Shown here: positions 17,471 through 22,438 of the stretch, piece by piece
Position numbering within the stretch: position 1 is the first letter of the stretch
How the letters are laid out: each line of letters opens with the position of its first letter
NCBI GenBank assembly: GCA_043816785.1
Contig: JBDRHP010000085.1
Span: 1 to 22,438, forward strand
Reading direction: 5' to 3'
Source: Candidatus Margulisiibacteriota bacterium
Lineage (GTDB): Bacteria > Margulisbacteria > WOR-1 > O2-12-FULL-45-9
DNA: 22,438 bases
Notes under the pieces: generated by a model
Databases searched by the model: none
What the model saw: the letters and a program-made list of their open reading frames with translations, nothing else
What the model was told of the DNA's origin: nothing
Program-made: the position numbers and the translations under genes

Positions 17471-17479
17471 TTGTCCATC

Positions 17480-18931
17480 ATGGACAATCTTAGACAGGTC
17501 ATCCCCAAACTAAAAGGCAAAAAGATCCTGATCTTTGGCGACCTGATGCTGGATGAGCATATCTGGAGCCGGGTCAGCCGCATTTCCCCGGAAGCCCCCG
17601 TCCCCATCGCTGATGTTGCCAGGATAAGCCATGTGCCTGGCGGCTGCGGCAACGTTGCTGCTAATGTTTCGGCTTTAGGAGGCATTCCCTTCCTGGTTGG
17701 CATGATCGGCAAGGACAGCTCAGGCGACAAACTTCGCAAAGCACTGTCCCAGGCCAAGATCTCTAGCAAACATCTTATTGTTGATAACAAGCGGCCGACC
17801 ATTCTAAAATCCAGGATCATTGCCGGCTCCCAACAAGTTGTGCGCGTTGACCGGGAAGACCGCACGGTCCTCTCCCCCAAACTGGTCAAGACAGTCAGCC
17901 AGCGCCTAAAAATAATTATCCCAAAAATAGACGCAATTATAATCTCCGACTATGGCAAAGGCATGGTTATGGAAAAAACTGCCCAAGCAGCTATCAGCCT
18001 GGCACGAAAATATAAAAAACCCGTGGCCGTTGACCCTAAAGGTCACGACTATACCAAATATCGCGGCGCCACGGTCATCACGCCCAACCTGCAAGAAGCC
18101 GCGATCGCTTCCAGGCAGATCATTATCAGCGAAAAAAGCCTGATCAAGGCCGGCAAAATCCTGCGAAAATTATCCAGGACCGAGTATGTTCTGATCACTC
18201 GCGGCCGCGATGGCATGTCCTTGTTTAGCCAAGAAGCGGTTACTTATATTCCGGCAATTCCCCGCGAGGTCTTTGATATTACTGGCGCTGGCGATACAGT
18301 TATTGCCACCCTCAGTTTAGCAGTTGCTGCCGGCGCGCGGATGAAAACAGCCGCTCTCCTGGCCAACTCAGCCGCCGCAGTGGTCGTCGGCAAGATCAGC
18401 ACTGCCCCCTGCTTCCGCGAAGAGCTGGAAGAAGCCATTGAAGGGCACGAACCGATCGCCAGAAAGATTAAACTGCGTCAAGAGCTCAAAGCGATCGCGC
18501 AGAATTTAAAGAACGAGGATGCCAAAGTTGTTTTTACCAACGGCTGTTTTGACATTCTCCATCTAGGCCATGTCAGATACCTGCGTCAGGCAAAAAATCT
18601 CGGCGATGTGCTTATTGTGGGATTAAACAGCGATGACTCTGTCAGCGCGTTAAAAGGCACGGGCCGCCCTTACGTCTCAGAGCTGGAGCGGGCAGAGATC
18701 CTGGCTTCTCTTGAATTTGTGGATTATGTTACGATTTTTTCTGAAACACGACCGGATAATCTGATCAAGATAATCAAACCAGACATTCATGTTAAAGGCG
18801 GGGACTATAAGATCAGCCAATTGCCGGAAAAAGAACTGGTTGAAAGACTGGGCGGCAAAGTCGTGGTTATTCCGTCGATCAAAGGACGATCAACAACTAA
18901 TATCGTAGAAAGGATATTATCTAGAAAATGA
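17480..18931 (+). CDS. hldE: Bifunctional heptose-7-phosphate kinase / heptose-1-phosphate adenylyltransferase
   Basis: GDLMLD, RISPEAPVP, SDYGKG, DITGAGDT (PfkB domain), plus VFTNGCFDILHLGH and VKGGDY (cytidylyltransferase-like domain). ATG 17480 is preferred as start. Confidence 0.96.
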   Translation: MDNLRQVIPKLKGKKILIFGDLMLDEHIWSRVSRISPEAPVPIADVARISHVPGGCGNVAANVSALGGIPFLVGMIGKDSSGDKLRKALSQAKISSKHLIVDNKRPTILKSRIIAGSQQVVRVDREDRTVLSPKLVKTVSQRLKIIIPKIDAIIISDYGKGMVMEKTAQAAISLARKYKKPVAVDPKGHDYTKYRGATVITPNLQEAAIASRQIIISEKSLIKAGKILRKLSRTEYVLITRGRDGMSLFSQEAVTYIPAIPREVFDITGAGDTVIATLSLAVAAGARMKTAALLANSAAAVVVGKISTAPCFREELEEAIEGHEPIARKIKLRQELKAIAQNLKNEDAKVVFTNGCFDILHLGHVRYLRQAKNLGDVLIVGLNSDDSVSALKGTGRPYVSELERAEILASLEFVDYVTIFSETRPDNLIKIIKPDIHVKGGDYKISQLPEKELVERLGGKVVVIPSIKGRSTTNIVERILSRK

Positions 18932-19662
18932 AAAACAAACTATTCATGGAACCTGAGACTAAACCCTTCGGCAAGCTCAGGGCAGCACCGAGCGAAGTCG
19001 AGGTGCGTCTCGGTTCCATAAGAACAATAAACTCAAGGAACCGCGAAGTTCATTCGCAGGTTCCTTGGAAAATACTATTGTTGTTAATCATCTCATTGTT
19101 AACTGTCAATATTGCTCACGGCTGGCGCATCACCACCGAGTTAGAGCAGGAGCTCGAACAAAAAAAGGCCGCGGTAGATGGAAAACCCAATGACCCGGCA
19201 GCCCGCTTTGATCTGGCAGTCACTCAAGCCTACACCAACCATCTCATTGACGGCATGTCCAGCATAAGGAAGATCCATAAACTTGACCCTGATTTCAAGA
19301 AAAAAGCCTTGGGCGACTACATCAAAAAAGTTACTGCTAAGCCAAATGATTGGCGGCTTCGTTTCCGTCTGGCCTTTGCTTATTATTTCAATGACCAGAA
19401 ACAGAACGCCATCCATGAGTTCGAAAATGTCTTAATGATCGACCCTTACAATGTCTGGGCTTATGGGTATCTCGCCCTGCTCTATGGTGAGATTGATAAA
19501 GTTGATAAAGCCATGGAGATCACCAAGCAGGGGCTGGCAATCGACAGCAACGTGGCTGCCCTGCATTTGTTGTTATCCGAAGGGTATTACAAAAAGGGAG
19601 ATAGCTGGAAAGGCTTTTTGGAAAGGATGGAAGCCGTGCGCCTGAAAGCCCTGGGATATTAG
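18928..19662 (+). CDS. Exported TPR-repeat protein with a repeat-derived in-frame N-terminal insertion
   Basis: ATGA coupling to hldE. TPR-like units (ARFDLAV.., LRFRLAFAYY.., AYGYLALLY.., LHLLLSEGYY..). Hydrophobic signal core KILLLLIISLLTVNIAHG. Confidence 0.85.
   Translation: MKNKLFMEPETKPFGKLRAAPSEVEVRLGSIRTINSRNREVHSQVPWKILLLLIISLLTVNIAHGWRITTELEQELEQKKAAVDGKPNDPAARFDLAVTQAYTNHLIDGMSSIRKIHKLDPDFKKKALGDYIKKVTAKPNDWRLRFRLAFAYYFNDQKQNAIHEFENVLMIDPYNVWAYGYLALLYGEIDKVDKAMEITKQGLAIDSNVAALHLLLSEGYYKKGDSWKGFLERMEAVRLKALGY
18946..19067. repeat. Inverted doublet of REP-like hairpins, the first carrying a 42-bp insert
   Basis: ATGGAACC-T-GAGAC-TAAA[18964-19005]C-GTCTC-GGTTCCAT, plus an empty opposite-orientation copy at 19034-19067. 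Confidence 0.9.
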
Positions 19663-19663
19663 A

Positions 19664-20683
19664 ATGAAGCTTACTTATCGGATTATTTTGATTATTGCAG
19701 TTGCTTTTTTGTTCGGCATCTTTTTTTGGGCCCTCTTCTCCCCTAAACAGGAGATTTCCGACCGGATCTATAAGACCCTCAAAGAACAGGAAAAGCGGGC
19801 TGACCTGGCCTTCAAAGATGTCACCTTTGAAGAAGTCGTTGCCGGTGAAAAGTATTGGCAGCTCAAAGCTAACAGCGCCACGGTCAACAAGTCAACTGAG
19901 ATCGCCACACTAAAAGATGCTAAAGGCACTTTTTACAAACAAGGTAAAGCTGTGCTGCGCTTCCTCTCCCCGGCCGCTCTTTGGGATATGAAGGAAAAGG
20001 AGATCCTGCTCGATAACCCTATTGGCTATGACGTTAAGCTGGACAACAAGATCTCGTCCCTCATAAAAAACCTTAAAAAATCACCCTTTTCCGTTTTTAA
20101 CCTGCCCAAAACATACAAGAAAAGTCTTGGTTACTGGTTCCAGGCTAACAATCTAAGCTGGAAACTCTCCAACCAAAAGCTGCTCTGCACCGGCGGCATC
20201 GTCTTAAACAAAGGCGAGATCTCTGGTTACGCCGAAAGACTAGAAGGCGACGTTGCGCTGGAACGCATTATGCTTCAGGGTGCGCCAAAAATCATTATTT
20301 CACCCGCTGGCTCCGCGCCGATCACTTTAGAAGCGGAGGAATTTGAAGTTATCAGTAGCCAGGACATTATCCTGGCGCGGGGAAACCCTAAAATCTTCTG
20401 GGAGGACGCGCAAATTTCCGCTAAAGACTTGACCTATGACCAGGGGAAAAATGTCCTGCAGCTGAAACAAGCGGTAAAGATCGACTTCCAGGACATCAAA
20501 GCCTGGGGCAACACGGCAACCTATCTGACCGAAACAGGCAAGATCATCCTGGAAGGCAGGGCCAAAGCTTATCAGGGCGACAACAAATTAACTGGAGAAA
20601 AAGTCAGTGTTTCACTTAAGGAAAAGAAAATTTCCGTGCTGGGAAAAGGCAAAGTCGTCATTACCGAAGAGGAGCTGAAATAA
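19664..20683 (+). CDS. LPS transport periplasmic protein, LptC/LptA (OstA beta-jellyroll)-like
   Basis: Single N-terminal TM anchor. LptC-like WQLKANSA..KGTFYK segment. C-terminal LptA-like IILEGRAKAYQGDNKLTGEKV. Located in a heptose biosynthesis gene run. Confidence 0.7.
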   Translation: MKLTYRIILIIAVAFLFGIFFWALFSPKQEISDRIYKTLKEQEKRADLAFKDVTFEEVVAGEKYWQLKANSATVNKSTEIATLKDAKGTFYKQGKAVLRFLSPAALWDMKEKEILLDNPIGYDVKLDNKISSLIKNLKKSPFSVFNLPKTYKKSLGYWFQANNLSWKLSNQKLLCTGGIVLNKGEISGYAERLEGDVALERIMLQGAPKIIISPAGSAPITLEAEEFEVISSQDIILARGNPKIFWEDAQISAKDLTYDQGKNVLQLKQAVKIDFQDIKAWGNTATYLTETGKIILEGRAKAYQGDNKLTGEKVSVSLKEKKISVLGKGKVVITEEELK

Positions 20684-20685
20684 AG

Positions 20686-21681
20686 ATGACCACTCAGGTA
20701 AAAGCCAGGCCAAAACCACAACTTAAGAGAAACAATAAGGATAAGGAAATACTTGATCTGATCATCATCGGCGGCGGGCCAGCCGGGCTAACAGCCGCCC
20801 TCTACGCAACCAGGGCCAGGCTAAAGGTTTTGTTAATCGAAAAAATGATCCTGGGCGGCCAGGCCACAACCACTTTTTTTATTGAGAATTATCCCGGGTT
20901 TCCAGAGGGCGTTTCGGGAATGGAATTAAGCAACAGGATGCAGGATCAGGTTAAACGATTGGGCTTGGATATAACCTGGGGCAACACGATCAGTGTTGCC
21001 AACAAGAAAACACTGCGTGAGGTCCAGGTCGACGGCAAGGTGCTAACAGCTAAAGCAGTAATTATTGCCACTGGGACCGAGGCCGCCAAATTGGCTGTGC
21101 CCGGCGAGGATGAGTTTCGCGGTCGCGGGGTATCTTACTGCGCAACCTGTGATGGCGCTTTTTATAAAGACAAAAATATTATGGTGGTTGGCGGCGGCAA
21201 TTCCGCGATTGAAGAAGCGCTTTTCCTGACCCGTTACGCAAAAAAGATCTCAGTTGTCCACCGCCGCGATCAATTGCGGGCCGACAAGATCCTGGCGGAA
21301 AAGGCCCTGGCTGAACCAAAGATGTATTTCTTCTGGCACTCAGTTGTGGAAAAGATCGGCGGCCAAAAGAAAGTTGAAGAAGTTACATTAAATGACCTGG
21401 CCAGTGGGAAAAAAATAAAGGTGCAAATCGATGGGGTTTTTGTCTACATCGGCAGCAAGCCAAATACTGACCTGGTCAAGGATGTGGTCAAATTAGATAA
21501 ATACGGTTTTATTATCACTGACAAAAACATGAAGACCTCGGCCACCGGTATTTTTGCCGCCGGCGATGTCAGGGCAACGCCTCTTAGACAGATCGTCACT
21601 GCTGCCTCTGACGGCGCGATCGCCGCTGAATCAGCCAGAAAATATATCGAAGGGCCTATCCAGAAAAAGATCACCGGCTGA
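20686..21681 (+). CDS. trxB: Thioredoxin-disulfide reductase
   Basis: IIGGGPAG, GRGVSYCATCDG, VVGGGNSA, HRRDQLRA and GIFAAGDV. Confidence 0.96.
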   Translation: MTTQVKARPKPQLKRNNKDKEILDLIIIGGGPAGLTAALYATRARLKVLLIEKMILGGQATTTFFIENYPGFPEGVSGMELSNRMQDQVKRLGLDITWGNTISVANKKTLREVQVDGKVLTAKAVIIATGTEAAKLAVPGEDEFRGRGVSYCATCDGAFYKDKNIMVVGGGNSAIEEALFLTRYAKKISVVHRRDQLRADKILAEKALAEPKMYFFWHSVVEKIGGQKKVEEVTLNDLASGKKIKVQIDGVFVYIGSKPNTDLVKDVVKLDKYGFIITDKNMKTSATGIFAAGDVRATPLRQIVTAASDGAIAAESARKYIEGPIQKKITG

Positions 21682-21687
21682 TGATAG

Positions 21688-21715
21688 TTGACAATTTTAA
21701 CCAAAGGGGTATACT
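21688..21715 (+). promoter_or_regulatory. Sigma-70 promoter (near-leaderless) of the redoxin gene
   Basis: TTGACA-N16-TATACT, 8 nt before ATG 21724. Confidence 0.65.
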
Positions 21716-21723
21716 TTAAAATA

Positions 21724-22233
21724 ATGTTGCGCAAAGCAATGATTTTCTTAACGATACTGCTGCTTTGTACTGCCGTTTTTGCTAAACCGGCCTTAAATGT
21801 TGGCTCGCCCCCGCCTGGTTTTAGCTTGCCGAACCTTTCCGGAAAAAACATCTCTTTGGAAAACCATCTGGGCAGAGATGTTGTTATCCTAAGCTTCTTT
21901 GCCAGCTGGAGCAAGTCCTGTCAACAAGAGATATGTTTTCTACAGGAGCTGGCTAAACAATATAAGCAGAAGAATTTGCAGATAATCGGGATATCATACG
22001 ACAGAAAACTAGATACCCTTAAAAAATATGTCGAAAAAAATGACTTTGAGCTTGAAATCCTTCATGACAAAAAATTACAGACCTTAAAAGATTTCCGCAT
22101 CCTTATCATCCCCACCCTTTTGGTTATCGAACAATCCGGGGATATCAGAAGTATTTATGTGGATTTTGATGAGAACGTGAAAGAAGCAGTCTCGCAGGAC
22201 ATTCAAAAGCTTTTAAGCCCGCCCGAGAAGTAA
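21724..22233 (+). CDS. Exported TlpA/ResA-like redoxin with an SxxC active site
   Basis: Signal peptide, PPGFSLPNLSG, FFASWSKSCQQE and the cis-Pro loop IPTLLVI. Confidence 0.85.
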   Translation: MLRKAMIFLTILLLCTAVFAKPALNVGSPPPGFSLPNLSGKNISLENHLGRDVVILSFFASWSKSCQQEICFLQELAKQYKQKNLQIIGISYDRKLDTLKKYVEKNDFELEILHDKKLQTLKDFRILIIPTLLVIEQSGDIRSIYVDFDENVKEAVSQDIQKLLSPPEK

Positions 22234-22238
22234 TTAAT

Positions 22239-22352
22239 CCCCTCACCCTGAGTAATCCTTTTATTGATTGTTTTCGATTTCATGATCCCTCTCCCAAAGG
22301 AGGGTGTCCAATAACACTCATGAAACCTGCGACTAAACGTCGCGGTTTCATG
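22239..22352. repeat. Intergenic repeat cluster: split CCCCTCACCCT...CCCTCTCCC element plus an empty REP-like hairpin
   Basis: CCCCTCACCCT (22239-22249), CCCTCTCCCAAAGGAGGG (22287-22304) and CATGAAACC-T-GCGAC-TAAAC-GTCGC-GGTTTCATG (22319-22352). Confidence 0.8.
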
Positions 22353-22365
22353 GACAGAGTCTTTC

Positions 22366-22438
22366 CTATGCCATTTGTTGTGCTAATTTGGGGCTTATGA
22401 GCCATTCTTGTTTTCCTTTTAGGTGCTTTTGGATCTTG
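22366..22438 (-). CDS. Possible 3' end of a convergent gene (truncated by window edge)
   Basis: A minus-strand frame reads ..KIQKHLKGKQEWLISPKLAQQMA* with TAG at 22366-22368, just before the hairpin. Too short to verify. Confidence 0.3.
   Translation of the reverse strand, partial: KIQKHLKGKQEWLISPKLAQQMA

Noticed and set aside
17206..17889. 227-aa antisense ORF and the other short shadow ORFs in the track
   Set aside because: They lie antisense to or in alternative frames of well-supported genes and show no motifs or RBS.
21907..21921. Selenocysteine in the redoxin active site
   Set aside because: The codon is AGC (Ser), not an in-frame TGA.
16169..22352. Palindromic 30-34 bp repeats as a CRISPR array
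   Set aside because: Copies are dispersed, occur as inverted pairs, lack regular unique spacers, and no cas gene is present.

Overview
Bacterial chromosomal window from a diderm, LPS-producing organism. The compact layout and gene content are reminiscent of uncultured candidate phyla such as Saganbacteria/Margulisbacteria, but this is inference only. The housekeeping backbone is cysS, cysE, a DUF2148-like Fe-S protein, an RCK-gated K+ channel, a SAM methyltransferase, asd, gmhA-gmhB-hldE, a TPR protein, an LptC/LptA-like protein, trxB and a TlpA-like redoxin. Two clusters of accessory genes interrupt it (379-4949 and 10960-14457). Three sequence-level signals stand out. (1) Four accessory genes share an upstream motif, TGAAATT-N16-GATA (three exact copies, one variant), that resembles a sigma-28-type promoter, whereas housekeeping genes use sigma-70 extended -10 promoters with almost no leader. 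(2) A diverged duplicate of the cysS 3' end (IEDTQYGARWRKD*) lies 1.6 kb downstream of cysS and brackets an orphan gene, which looks like an integration scar. (3) REP-like palindromes are nested: a 42-bp element sits in the identical loop position of two different host hairpins, and one composite lies in frame inside a signal peptide. No rRNA, tRNA, CRISPR array, integrase or transposase was recognised.
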